Positions 8,879 to 18,022 of a stretch of DNA of 25,598 nt are shown here, in pieces. Numbering within the stretch: position 1 is the first letter of the stretch; every line of letters begins with the position of its first letter. This DNA comes from Archangium sp. (GTDB taxonomy: Bacteria > Myxococcota > Myxococcia > Myxococcales > Myxococcaceae). The stretch lies in contig JANLPS010000457.1 of assembly GCA_031367385.1 (NCBI GenBank), forward strand, positions 1 to 25,598, in the 5' to 3' direction. The translations under genes were made by a program, and so were the position numbers. The notes below the pieces were generated by a model that searched no databases, was not told the DNA's origin, and saw only the letters and a list, made by a program, of their open reading frames with translations.

Positions 8879-9442
8879 TCAGTGACCCGTGCCGGCGTCG
8901 CCGCGGCGGCTGGTCTCGAACAAGAACCAGGTGCGCCGTTCGGTCTCGTCGACCCAATTCTCAATCAGGCTGGCAGTGGCGATGTCGCGCAGGTCGGCGA
9001 TCATGTCGTGCACGTCGCGAAGGCCTGACGCGAGGGTCTTGTTGTCTTCAGCGAGCTCTCTGAGCATGTCGAGGGGGTCGACGTAGGTTGCGTCGTTGTC
9101 GCTGATGCGCTGCAGCCGCGAGATGTGGCCGATCGACCGAATGGTGGTGCCACCGATCTTGCGAATGCGCTCAGCGATCACGTCGGTCATCGCGAAGAGC
9201 TGATCGGCCTGCTCGTCGAGCAGCAGGTGGTAGTCGCGAAAGTGCGGCCCACTGATGTGCCAGTGAAAGTTCTTGGTCTTCAGGTACAGCGCGAACACGT
9301 CGGCGAGGAGGGCGTTGAGGCCCGCTCCTACATCGCGCGTCGCGTCAGCGCTCAAATCGGTCGGGGTCGCCAACCGCGCGGTGCGTGCCGTCTTGAGCTT
9401 GGTCTCTGAGGTGGGGGTTTCAGCCAGTTTCTTTTTTGCCAT
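8879..9442 (-). CDS. dps: DNA starvation/stationary-phase protection protein Dps
   Basis: LYLKTKNFHWHISGPHFRDYHLLLDEQ and DVIAERIRKIGG ferroxidase signatures; Lys-rich N-terminal extension. Confidence 0.95.
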   Translation of the reverse strand: MAKKKLAETPTSETKLKTARTARLATPTDLSADATRDVGAGLNALLADVFALYLKTKNFHWHISGPHFRDYHLLLDEQADQLFAMTDVIAERIRKIGGTTIRSIGHISRLQRISDNDATYVDPLDMLRELAEDNKTLASGLRDVHDMIADLRDIATASLIENWVDETERRTWFLFETSRRGDAGTGH

Positions 9443-9490
9443 GGGCCACTCTTCTACCGAGGCGTCGGCGGTTGCGCACCAGAAACCCCA

Positions 9491-10411
9491 CTATTCGAAG
9501 AGCGCCTTTCTCAGCAGGGCGAGCGGGCTGCGGCGAAATTCTCGAGCGACGGGGGCCGAAGGTTTGAGCGCATCGAAGCCGTGAAATGCGCCTGGCACGA
9601 TGGTCACCTCGCAGGGCACTCCAGCGGCCTTGAGGCGACGGGCGTACTCGAGATCTTCATCGTGAAACAGGTCGAAGGTGCCGACGCCGACCCACGCGGG
9701 GGGGAGGCCACTGAGGTCACCGCGCCTCGCCGGAGCGGCGTACTCGGGGGCGAGGGCTGCTCCCGGCTCCTGCTTCAGGTATGAGCGCCAGCCGTAGCGG
9801 TTGCTGCCCGTGGTCCACACCCGTGCGTGCGAGGTGTCATGGTCGGTGCGAGTGACCGTTCGATCGTCGAGCATCGGGTAGATGAGCAGCTGAAAGACGA
9901 GCGGTACCTCTTTGCGATCGTGCGCGAGCAAGGCCAGGCCAGCGGTGAGGCCTCCACCTGCGCTGGGGCCGCCAATCGCGATGCGCGCGGGGTCGACGCC
10001 GAGCGACGAGGCGTTGCCGTGCAGCCACTTGAGCGCGGAGTAACAGTCTTCGAGCGGCGTCGGGTACGGGTGCTTGGGCGCGAGCCGATAGCGAACAGCG
10101 ACCACGACGATGCCCAGCTCGCGCGCATAGAACGCGCTGCTCAGCTCATCTTGTTCAGGGCTGCCGATGATGAACCCACCCCCGTGAAGCCACAGCAATG
10201 CAGGGGCGGGGGTCTTGAGGGTCTTCGGCCGGTACACGCGAACGCCGACCCCGGGGGCGTTGGGCAGGCTGAGATTCTCGACGTCGACGTCGTCGATCTT
10301 CGGAGGCTTGAGGCGCTTCGTCGCCCACTGCGCAAACGCCACCAACCGCGGCCCAAAGCTGAACCTTGGGATGAAGCGGCCAAAGCGGAGGTCAGGATGG
10401 AAGGAGGCCAT
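9491..10411 (-). CDS. Alpha/beta hydrolase, HSL-family esterase/lipase
   Basis: HGGGF oxyanion motif, YRLAP, GPSAGG nucleophile, DLFHDE (Asp) and HGFD (His). Confidence 0.93.
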   Translation of the reverse strand: MASFHPDLRFGRFIPRFSFGPRLVAFAQWATKRLKPPKIDDVDVENLSLPNAPGVGVRVYRPKTLKTPAPALLWLHGGGFIIGSPEQDELSSAFYARELGIVVVAVRYRLAPKHPYPTPLEDCYSALKWLHGNASSLGVDPARIAIGGPSAGGGLTAGLALLAHDRKEVPLVFQLLIYPMLDDRTVTRTDHDTSHARVWTTGSNRYGWRSYLKQEPGAALAPEYAAPARRGDLSGLPPAWVGVGTFDLFHDEDLEYARRLKAAGVPCEVTIVPGAFHGFDALKPSAPVAREFRRSPLALLRKALFE

Positions 10412-11180
10412 TGTTCTGCGAGCCTACCCGCGGCGGCCGGGGAATGAGGGCCTCACGCTTGATCTTGACGAGCCCCATCGCGTCGAGCGCACGGCAGACC
10501 ACGAAGCCCAAATCGACCTCTGAGCGGCGATACGAGAATGAGGCCGAGGCGGGGTACCGGTGGTGGTTGTTCTGAAACCCCTCGCCCATGATCAGCCACG
10601 CGGCGAAGTGGTTGTTGCGGGAGTTGTCGTCGAGCTCGAAGTTGCGGCCTCCGATCGCGTGCCCGAAGAAGTTCACGATGCCGCCCTGCACTGGGTGGCT
10701 CATCATGCCGGCGAAGTAGGCCAGCCCGAGCAGCCAACCGACGCTCACCGCCAGCAACAGGCCGATGGCCACGTGCATCAGGTAGGGCAGGTACCACCGC
10801 TTGGTGCGATTGAGTGGGCTCAAGTCGAAGTCGAGGTCTTTCGCGTACTTGAGGTACTTGGGCTTTTGCTTGAGCAGGCCGATGATCGCCTGCTTGTAGC
10901 CGCGCAGCTGCGCCAGGCCGATGCCGAAGAAGCCCACGTTGAGCGGCGAGTGCGGGTCATTCGGCCCGTCGGAGTGCTCGTGATGCATGCGGTGCATCAC
11001 CACCCAGCCCTTGGGGTCGATGCCGGTGAGCCAGTTGCCCCCGACGAGGATTACCTTCTTCAAGACCGGGTGCAGGGTCAGGGCCTTGTGCGCGAGGCCT
11101 CGGTGATAGCCGATGGTGATCGTCAGCACGTTCAGCAGGTACGCCGTCAAAAAGACCACACCGCAAATCACGAAATACAT
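10392..11180 (-). CDS. Membrane fatty acid desaturase (delta-9-like)
   Basis: His boxes HRGLAH, HRMHH and QNNHH; DPHSP motif; transmembrane segments; AGGAG RBS upstream; 20-nt overlap with the hydrolase. Confidence 0.9.
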   Translation of the reverse strand: MYFVICGVVFLTAYLLNVLTITIGYHRGLAHKALTLHPVLKKVILVGGNWLTGIDPKGWVVMHRMHHEHSDGPNDPHSPLNVGFFGIGLAQLRGYKQAIIGLLKQKPKYLKYAKDLDFDLSPLNRTKRWYLPYLMHVAIGLLLAVSVGWLLGLAYFAGMMSHPVQGGIVNFFGHAIGGRNFELDDNSRNNHFAAWLIMGEGFQNNHHRYPASASFSYRRSEVDLGFVVCRALDAMGLVKIKREALIPRPPRVGSQNNGLLPS

Positions 11181-11207
11181 GCGAGGCTCCTTGGGGTCTC
11201 AGGCGGT

Positions 11208-11252
11208 GTTACTCGCCAGTAGGTTACTCATTAGTAAGTTACTCGCCGGTAA
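11208..11252. promoter_or_regulatory. Three tandem 15-bp palindromic repeats (TTAC-N6-GTAA type), putative TetR operators
   Basis: GTTACTCGCCAGTAG / GTTACTCATTAGTAA / GTTACTCGCCGGTAA, directly abutting, in the 85-bp gap between the divergent desaturase and TetR genes. Confidence 0.8.
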
Positions 11253-11265
11253 GGTGCAAGCCGAA

Positions 11266-11886
11266 ATGAAGAAAAAACAACGTCTGTCGGCCGCGGAGCG
11301 TCGCTCTCAGCTGTTGGAGGTGGCGCGAAAGGTCTTCGCCGCCCGCGGGTATGAGGCGACCTCGCTCGACGACGTGGCGAAGAAGGCCGGAGTCTCGAAG
11401 CCGATTCTGTATGAGCACTTCGGCGCGAAAGAAGGGCTCTACGCGGCGATCGTGGCCAAGGAGATGGACCAGCTGGTCGCGACGGTCTCGGCGGCGATCG
11501 CCCAAGGGTCAGCCCGGGAGCGCTTCGAGGGCGCGGTGGTGGCCTTCTTGTCGTACGCGAGGGAGGAGCCGGCGGGGTTCGCGGTATTGACGCGTGATTC
11601 TCCGACCTCGGCGCGGCGCGGGCTGACGCGGGTCATCGACGATTTGGCGCAGCGGGTGGGCGACATCTTCAGCGACGAGTTCGAGGCGGCGGGGTTCAAC
11701 GCGAAGGTCGCTCCGATCTATGCAAACGCGATCGTGGGCATGGTGACGCAGGTGGGTCAGTGGTGGGCGGCCGAGGGCAGCTCATTTTCGCTCGAGCAGG
11801 TGGTCAAGCACGTCACCGCCTTCGGGTGGATGGGCCTGAGGCACCTGCCGTTGGACCCGGTGTCGGCGAAGCGCGGGCGAGCTTAA
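11266..11886 (+). CDS. TetR/AcrR-family transcriptional regulator
   Basis: ERRSQLLEVARKVFAARGY..TSLDDVAKKAGVSKPILYEHFGAKEGLY helix-turn-helix; C-terminal QVGQWW; ATG at 11266. Confidence 0.94.
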   Translation: MKKKQRLSAAERRSQLLEVARKVFAARGYEATSLDDVAKKAGVSKPILYEHFGAKEGLYAAIVAKEMDQLVATVSAAIAQGSARERFEGAVVAFLSYAREEPAGFAVLTRDSPTSARRGLTRVIDDLAQRVGDIFSDEFEAAGFNAKVAPIYANAIVGMVTQVGQWWAAEGSSFSLEQVVKHVTAFGWMGLRHLPLDPVSAKRGRA

Positions 11887-12403
11887 AGGCTCTCGATGAT
11901 CAGCTCGACTCGGCCGCTCAGCGAGGTTCGCACGGGAGCAGGCTGGCGCACCTGGCGAAAAGCCCGGCCGCACCCGCCGCTCGGTACGGCCTCGTAGACC
12001 CAGCGTTGGCCCGCTTCTCGGTAAGCGCCCGAGACCCGAATGCTCTCAGGCTCGACCCGTTCGACCGTGAAACCGCCGGGCAAGGCCTTGCCGCCCGCAC
12101 ACTTCCACGCTTGGGCAGCGGTCTTTTCGACGGCCCCCCAGGTGGCCCAGCGAACGTTGAGCTGCTGGAGCGTCTTGATGACTGTCTGGTGCACCTGCCA
12201 CCCGTTGTTGAATGGCTCGAGTTGAATGCAGAGCTCGCGGCATGCCGTTTTGTTGGCGACTGGGCTGAGGCCTCGGCTGAGAGCCCCCTCTGCCACTGCG
12301 ACCAGTCGACGAAGGTAGGCGCTTCAGCGGGGTTGCCCGGCATGTCGCACTGAGCGAACGCCCGAACGGAGAAGACCATCGAAATGACGAACGCTGCGCG
12401 CAC
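11883..12403 (-). pseudogene. Putative secreted protein gene with a single-base frameshift near 12284-12288 (or an assembly error)
   Basis: GGAGG RBS plus GTG at 12403 gives signal-peptide-like MRAAFVISMVFSVRAFAQCD; coding-like codon usage continues in the 11883..12296 frame; one extra G in the G5 run joins the two. Confidence 0.5.
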
Positions 12404-12470
12404 ACAGACCTCCACGAAGTAGACGCGATGAATCTGGCGAAACGCAGCGCCTTGGGAAAGATTCACGACC

Positions 12471-15400
12471 ATGCCTGCCATTCGAAAGTTGATGTGCGCC
12501 AATCGTGGTGAAATCGCGATTCGCGTCTTTCGCGCCTGCAACGAATTGGGCATTCGCACCGTCGCGATTTACAGCGACGAAGACCGGTTGCACGAGCACC
12601 GCCACAAGGCCGATGAGGCGTACCGGGTGGGGCAGGGCAAGCGCCCGGTCGAGGCCTACCTCGGCATTCAAGAGATTCTCGACGTGGCGGTGGCCGCCGG
12701 CGTCGACGCGATTCACCCGGGCTACGGTTTCTTGTCTGAAAACGCAGACTTCGCCCGTGCCTGCCAGCAGCGTGGCATCACCTTCATCGGCCCAACGCCC
12801 GACGTCGTGGCGTTGATGGGCGACAAATTGGCCGCAAAAGCGCTGGCGCAAAAAGTCGGAGTGACCTGCGTGCCGGGCGCGACCTTGAGCGGCGACTTGC
12901 TGGGTCAAGCCGAGGCCTTCTTCGACACGTACGGCGGCCCCGTTTTGGTGAAGGCGGCCAACGGGGGCGGTGGGCGCGGCATGCGGGTCGTTCGATCTCG
13001 CGACGGGTTGGCTGAGGCGCTTCGCTCGGCCCAGAACGAATCGAAGACCGCGTTCGGCAGCGACGTGGTGTTTCTCGAACGATTTCTCGAGAAGGTGCGC
13101 CACATCGAAGTGCAGGTGTTGGGAGACCACCACGGCAATCTGGTGCACCTCTTCGAGCGAGACTGCTCGGTACAGCGGCGTCATCAGAAGGTGATCGAAA
13201 TCGCTCCCGCTCCGACCCTCGACCCGGGCCTGCGAGCGCGCATCTGCGAGGCCGCGCTCACCCTGGTCAAGGCCGCCAAGTACACCAGTGCCGGCACGGT
13301 CGAGTTTCTGGTCGAGGGCGACAACTTCTTCTTCATCGAAGTGAACGCGCGCCTGCAGGTCGAGCACACGGTGACCGAGCAGGTGACCGGCGTCGACCTC
13401 GTTCAGGCGCAGATTCACATCGCGCAGGGCGAAGCGCTCTCATCGCCATTGATTCGCATCGCGAACCAGGCGGCGATCACCACGCGTGGCTTCGCGATTC
13501 AGCTTCGCGTGACGACTGAAGACCCCTCGAACCAATTTTTACCCGACGCCGGCACGTTGACGGCCTGGCGCGCGGCGACCGGGTTTGGCATTCGGCTCGA
13601 TGGCGGCAACGGGTACAACGGCGCGTACATCTCGTCTGCCTACGACTCGATGCTCGTGAAGATCATCGCCTACGCGTCGACCTTCGAGCAGACGGTGCAG
13701 AAGGCCCAGCGCGCGGTGCGTGAATTTCGAATTCGCGGCGTGAAGACGAACCTCTCGTTTCTCGAGAACGTGTTGGCGCACCCGGTTTTTCTCGCCGGCA
13801 CCACGTGGACACGGTTCATCGACGAGACGCCGGAGCTGTTCGAGCTGGCCCCGCGGCGTGACCGAGCCAGCAAGCTGCTGCAGTACCTGGGAGACGTGAT
13901 CGTCAACGGTCACCCCACGGTGAAGAAGGAGCAACGCCTCGCGCCGACCAAGCTGCTCGAGGCGCGGCTGCCGACGGTGCCTCGGGGGCCTCCGCCGGCG
14001 GGTACGGCGCAGATTCTCGCCGAGCGTGGCGCAGAAGGTCTGGCGCAGTGGGTGCTCTCGCAGACCAAGCCGCTGCTCACCGACACCACGATGCGCGACG
14101 CCCACCAGTCACTGCTGGCGACTCGTATGCGTACCTACGACATCTTGAAGGTGGCCAACGCGACCGCGCACCTGGCGCCCGAGCTGTTCAGCCTCGAGTC
14201 ATGGGGTGGGGCGACGTTCGACACGGCGTACCGGTTTCTCCACGACGACCCGTGGGAGCGCCTGCGTAAATTGAAGTCAGCCGCCCCGAACCTGCTGCAG
14301 CAGATGTTGCTGCGCGGAGCGAACGCGGTTGGCTACACGCACTACCCCGACAACGTGGTCGAGGCGTTCATCGATGAAGCGGCCGAGGCGGGCGTCGACG
14401 TGTTTCGCGTGTTCGATTCGCTCAATGACCTCGAGAGCATGCGGGTCTCGATCGATCGCATTCGCAAGACGGGCAAAGTGGCCGAGGTCGCGATTTGCTA
14501 CACCGGTGACGTCGCGAACCCGAAGCGGCCCAAGTACACGCTCGATTATTACGCCGACCTGGCCAAGCGCATCGAAGACCTGGGCGCGCACTTCTTGTGC
14601 ATCAAAGACATGGCAGGCCTGCTGCGGCCTCGCGCTGCGGGGTTGCTGGTCGACCGTTTGAAACAGACCACCAAGCTCCCGCTGCACCTGCACACGCACG
14701 ACACCTCGGGCAACGGCGTGGCGATGCTGCTGACGGCGATCGACCACGGCGTTCACATCGTCGATGTGGCGTTGGCTCCGATGGCGGGGTTGACCAGCCA
14801 GCCCTCGATGAACGCGTTGGTCGCCGCGCTGCGTGGGTACCCGCGCGACACCGGGCTCACCAACAAGAAGTTGCAGCCGCTCGCCGACTACTGGGAAGAC
14901 GTTCGCGAGTACTACGCGCCGTTCGAGTGCGGCCTGAAGAGCGCGACCAGCGAGGTGTATTTTCACGAGATACCCGGCGGTCAGTACTCGAACTTGCGGC
15001 CGCAAGTGGCTGAGCTCGGGCTCCTGCCGCGGTGGAACGAGGTCAAAGAGGCCTTTGCGCTCGTGAATTTGCTGTGCGGAGACATCCCCAAGGTCACGCC
15101 GTCGTCGAAGATGGTCGGCGACTTCGCGATTTTTCTGGTGAAGAACGACCTCATCGTTCGCGGTGAGACGCTCGAAGAGGCCGCTCGCAAAACCGAGGCC
15201 CGGTTGATTGCTCAAGCGGCGCAGGTCGACTTTCCTTCGAGCGTGGTGGGGTACTTTCAGGGCCAGTTGGGGCAGCCACCCGGCGGTTTCCCCGAGGCGC
15301 TGCGCACTGCGATTTTGAAAGGCATGCCACGGGTCAACGGTCTGCCCGGCAAGAGCCTGCCGCCGCTCGACTTCGAGAAGTACACCGCGATGGTGTCGAC

Positions 15401-15950
15401 CAAGCTGGGCCGGCCTGCCACGCGTGACGAGGTGGTGTCGCACGCGTTGTACCCCCGCGTGCTCGATGACTTCTTCGACGCTCGGGCTCGCTACGAAGAC
15501 GTCTCGATTCTCGACACGCCCACGTACTTCTACGGCCTCGAAGTGGGCCAAGAGCGCTGGGTCGACCTCGAACCCGGCAAGACCCTCGTCATTTCACTCG
15601 GAGCCGTCTCTGACCCTTCACCCGACGGCGTGCGCACGGTCTTCTTCGAGCTGAACGGCCATGGGCGGCAGGTGTCGGTGAAAGACAAGTCACTGGTGTC
15701 ATCAGTGGCCGAGCGACGCACGGCTGAAAAGGGCAACGCCGCGCATGTCGGCGCCTCGATGCCGGGCGTGGTGATCGCACTGCACACGGCGGCGGGCGCG
15801 AAGGTCGAGGCGGGCGCTCCGTTGCTCACCCTCGAGGCAATGAAGATGGAGACCGTGGTGCGCGCTCCGGCGACCGGCACCGTCAAGGAGCTGCTCGTGG
15901 GGCTGAAGGCGAAGGTTCAGGCGGGCGACTTGTTGGTCGCGCTGGGCTGA
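12471..15950 (+). CDS. pyc: Pyruvate carboxylase
   Basis: 1159 aa; biotin carboxylase (ANRGEIA, HPGYGFLSEN, RDCSVQRRHQK), carboxyltransferase (DTTMRDAHQSLLATR, WGGATFD, IKDMAG, HLHTHDT) and EAMKME biotinyl site. Confidence 0.98.
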   Translation: MPAIRKLMCANRGEIAIRVFRACNELGIRTVAIYSDEDRLHEHRHKADEAYRVGQGKRPVEAYLGIQEILDVAVAAGVDAIHPGYGFLSENADFARACQQRGITFIGPTPDVVALMGDKLAAKALAQKVGVTCVPGATLSGDLLGQAEAFFDTYGGPVLVKAANGGGGRGMRVVRSRDGLAEALRSAQNESKTAFGSDVVFLERFLEKVRHIEVQVLGDHHGNLVHLFERDCSVQRRHQKVIEIAPAPTLDPGLRARICEAALTLVKAAKYTSAGTVEFLVEGDNFFFIEVNARLQVEHTVTEQVTGVDLVQAQIHIAQGEALSSPLIRIANQAAITTRGFAIQLRVTTEDPSNQFLPDAGTLTAWRAATGFGIRLDGGNGYNGAYISSAYDSMLVKIIAYASTFEQTVQKAQRAVREFRIRGVKTNLSFLENVLAHPVFLAGTTWTRFIDETPELFELAPRRDRASKLLQYLGDVIVNGHPTVKKEQRLAPTKLLEARLPTVPRGPPPAGTAQILAERGAEGLAQWVLSQTKPLLTDTTMRDAHQSLLATRMRTYDILKVANATAHLAPELFSLESWGGATFDTAYRFLHDDPWERLRKLKSAAPNLLQQMLLRGANAVGYTHYPDNVVEAFIDEAAEAGVDVFRVFDSLNDLESMRVSIDRIRKTGKVAEVAICYTGDVANPKRPKYTLDYYADLAKRIEDLGAHFLCIKDMAGLLRPRAAGLLVDRLKQTTKLPLHLHTHDTSGNGVAMLLTAIDHGVHIVDVALAPMAGLTSQPSMNALVAALRGYPRDTGLTNKKLQPLADYWEDVREYYAPFECGLKSATSEVYFHEIPGGQYSNLRPQVAELGLLPRWNEVKEAFALVNLLCGDIPKVTPSSKMVGDFAIFLVKNDLIVRGETLEEAARKTEARLIAQAAQVDFPSSVVGYFQGQLGQPPGGFPEALRTAILKGMPRVNGLPGKSLPPLDFEKYTAMVSTKLGRPATRDEVVSHALYPRVLDDFFDARARYEDVSILDTPTYFYGLEVGQERWVDLEPGKTLVISLGAVSDPSPDGVRTVFFELNGHGRQVSVKDKSLVSSVAERRTAEKGNAAHVGASMPGVVIALHTAAGAKVEAGAPLLTLEAMKMETVVRAPATGTVKELLVGLKAKVQAGDLLVALG

Positions 15951-17296
15951 GCCCACTTTCGCAGCACCAGCAGGGCGGCGACGGCGAGTGACCCGCCGTC
16001 TGCCGAGCACCCGCAGCCGACGGGCTTGGTGAGGGGCTCGATGCCTCCGTCAAAACCATCGTCGATGATCTGGCCAACTCCGGCATCGCTGACTCCTGCG
16101 TCAGGCCGGAGTGCGACGCCCGAGTCGGTGGCAGCCCCTGCATCTGCGACCACCACGGCGCCGAATTCATAGGCTCCGACGTCGATAACACCCGAGACGG
16201 GTCGCGCTTGGGTGCTCAGCGGGTGCACATACTGCTTCGCTGGCACCACGGTGACTCCGGTCGCCGAGACCGCGGCGCCCTGGTCGATCGCATTCGACCC
16301 CGCCATCAACCTGAAATCGACGTTCGCCTGGTCGGTGAGTCCGGTCGCCGTGTTGACGTTGTTCTGCACCATCGCCGCGGCCTGATTCGTCACCGTGCCG
16401 ACGCTGACCATCAAGTTGTTCGCGACCAGCGCCGGCGTGGTGACGCCCGCCTGCACATCGAGCAGCTCGACGCTGCCGCCGCGCAGGTTCACGATGGTGT
16501 TGTTGACGACGTACACGTCGGTGAGCGGGTTGTTCGCGTTGGCGCCTTCTCCGCGGTACCCGATGACGTAGGTGTTGAGCGAATTGGCGCCCTTTAGAAT
16601 CAGGTTGCCGAGAATGACCGTCTGCCCGCCATTGGGCACGTCGATGCTGCGGCTCGAGCGGCCTCCGAGGTCGTCGAAGCGGTTGTATTCAATGATGTTT
16701 ACCGCCGCGCGGGTCTTGAGCAGGTGGCCTGAGTCGCCCAGCGTGCCTTGCAGCCGGTGCGACCAGTTGCCGCGAAACTCGAGGCGCCCGATGTTGCCGA
16801 TGTACAGGTTGTGCGTGTACCCGGCGTCGCCGTACCCATTGTCGTCGAACTCGCTGTTCTCGATGATGACCACGCTGGCCGAGCCGCCTCCGCCGAGAAT
16901 GCCGTTCTCATTGTGACGAAAGACGCAGCCTCGAACGGTCAACCCGTTGCCTTCTTGACGAATGCCGGCGCCGTTGGCCCCGTCATTGGGGTCGACCTTG
17001 GCGTCTCGAAACTCGACGTTTTCGATGGTCGTATTGCTGCCGGTGACCACCCAAATGCCTTTTTTGCCTGAAATCATGCCCCCCGCGGCGATGATCGGGC
17101 GGCCCCCAACGCCCCGAATCGTGAGCCCGTTCTTGGAGACCGGACAAACGTCACCGGTGTAGGTCGCGGCATCGATTTCGACCGTGTCTCCATTGGAGGC
17201 GGCGGCAAAAGCGGCGCAGGGCGCGGAGTACGTTTTCCCGGCGCCAACCTGCAGAATCGGGCCCATCGTGGTGAGGATCAAGGCTTGCCAGAGCAT
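15917..17296 (-). CDS. Secreted right-handed beta-helix protein with C-terminal MYXO-CTERM-like anchor
   Basis: Asn/Gly-rich parallel beta-helix repeats (GAGIRQEG, NENGIL, THNLYIG, GHLLKTRA); DFRL...SNAIDQG...DVGAYEF C-terminal domain; DAG linker; GCGCS followed by a hydrophobic stretch and RK. Confidence 0.8.
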   Translation of the reverse strand: MLWQALILTTMGPILQVGAGKTYSAPCAAFAAASNGDTVEIDAATYTGDVCPVSKNGLTIRGVGGRPIIAAGGMISGKKGIWVVTGSNTTIENVEFRDAKVDPNDGANGAGIRQEGNGLTVRGCVFRHNENGILGGGGSASVVIIENSEFDDNGYGDAGYTHNLYIGNIGRLEFRGNWSHRLQGTLGDSGHLLKTRAAVNIIEYNRFDDLGGRSSRSIDVPNGGQTVILGNLILKGANSLNTYVIGYRGEGANANNPLTDVYVVNNTIVNLRGGSVELLDVQAGVTTPALVANNLMVSVGTVTNQAAAMVQNNVNTATGLTDQANVDFRLMAGSNAIDQGAAVSATGVTVVPAKQYVHPLSTQARPVSGVIDVGAYEFGAVVVADAGAATDSGVALRPDAGVSDAGVGQIIDDGFDGGIEPLTKPVGCGCSADGGSLAVAALLVLRKWAQPSATNKSPA

Positions 17297-17361
17297 GGGC
17301 GGTTCTTATCAGGCCGAAGATGACCCTGGCCTATAAGTCGCTCTGAAGTTAAAGGCGCCCC

Positions 17362-17976
17362 ATGAGTACACGGGGTACAGGGCTGTGGGACAACGAGAAG
17401 AGCGTCGACCAGCTCGGACGATTCACCAAAATCGAAGCAAAGCCGACGCTGATTGACTACCTGGTGTCGCACGCAGTGAAGCTGTGGTTCGCCGAAATCG
17501 ATGGCACCACCTTCGCTCGCGCCGTCGACCGCAAGTCGCGCGAGGCCATTCGCCTGCCCAAGCCGCTGTTCAACGGGCTGGTCGAGCTGGCTCGCAACCC
17601 GAAGCTGTCGGCGCGCGGCTCACGCAAGCCCGAGCATCTCAAGATTCTCGGCCCGAACCGAGACGGCTACCGTCTCGACCCGCTCTTCGCGATGGAAGAA
17701 GTGCCCGCGATGCTGGCACCGATGGCCGAGCTCTTGGCCGAGCGCCTCGACCGCGCCTTCAAGACCAAGAAGACCTTCGCCGAAGAGCCGCTCACCGAGC
17801 TTGGCATGTTGCTCGAGCTGACCAACGCCCGCATGTACCCGAGCGCCGAGCGCCTCGCCGCGTGGGAAGCCGGCTTCAACAAGATGAACGAGCGAACGAC
17901 CGAAGATCGCCCCCTGTGGGACGAGTTCGTCACCCGGGTGCGCCCGATCTTCGCGATGTTGGCCAAGCCTTCGTAA
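17362..17976 (+). CDS. Hypothetical protein (N-terminus resembles the DUF4259-type GxGxxDN start)
   Basis: 204-aa ORF with strongly GC3-biased codons that fills the gap; begins MSTRGTGLWDNE. Confidence 0.72.
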   Translation: MSTRGTGLWDNEKSVDQLGRFTKIEAKPTLIDYLVSHAVKLWFAEIDGTTFARAVDRKSREAIRLPKPLFNGLVELARNPKLSARGSRKPEHLKILGPNRDGYRLDPLFAMEEVPAMLAPMAELLAERLDRAFKTKKTFAEEPLTELGMLLELTNARMYPSAERLAAWEAGFNKMNERTTEDRPLWDEFVTRVRPIFAMLAKPS

Positions 17977-18004
17977 GCGGGCTTCGGCGTCGCGGGTTTT
18001 TTTT
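17977..18004 (+). terminator. Possible weak intrinsic terminator
   Basis: Imperfect stem GCGGGC-TTCG-GC(G)TCGC with a cUUCGg loop, then GGG and T8, immediately after the stop at 17976. Confidence 0.35.
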
Positions 18005-18022
18005 GGTGTAGAACCCGCAGCC

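Noticed and set aside
11208..11252. Mini CRISPR array
   Set aside because: The 15-bp units have no spacers and there are no cas genes; an operator array fits better.
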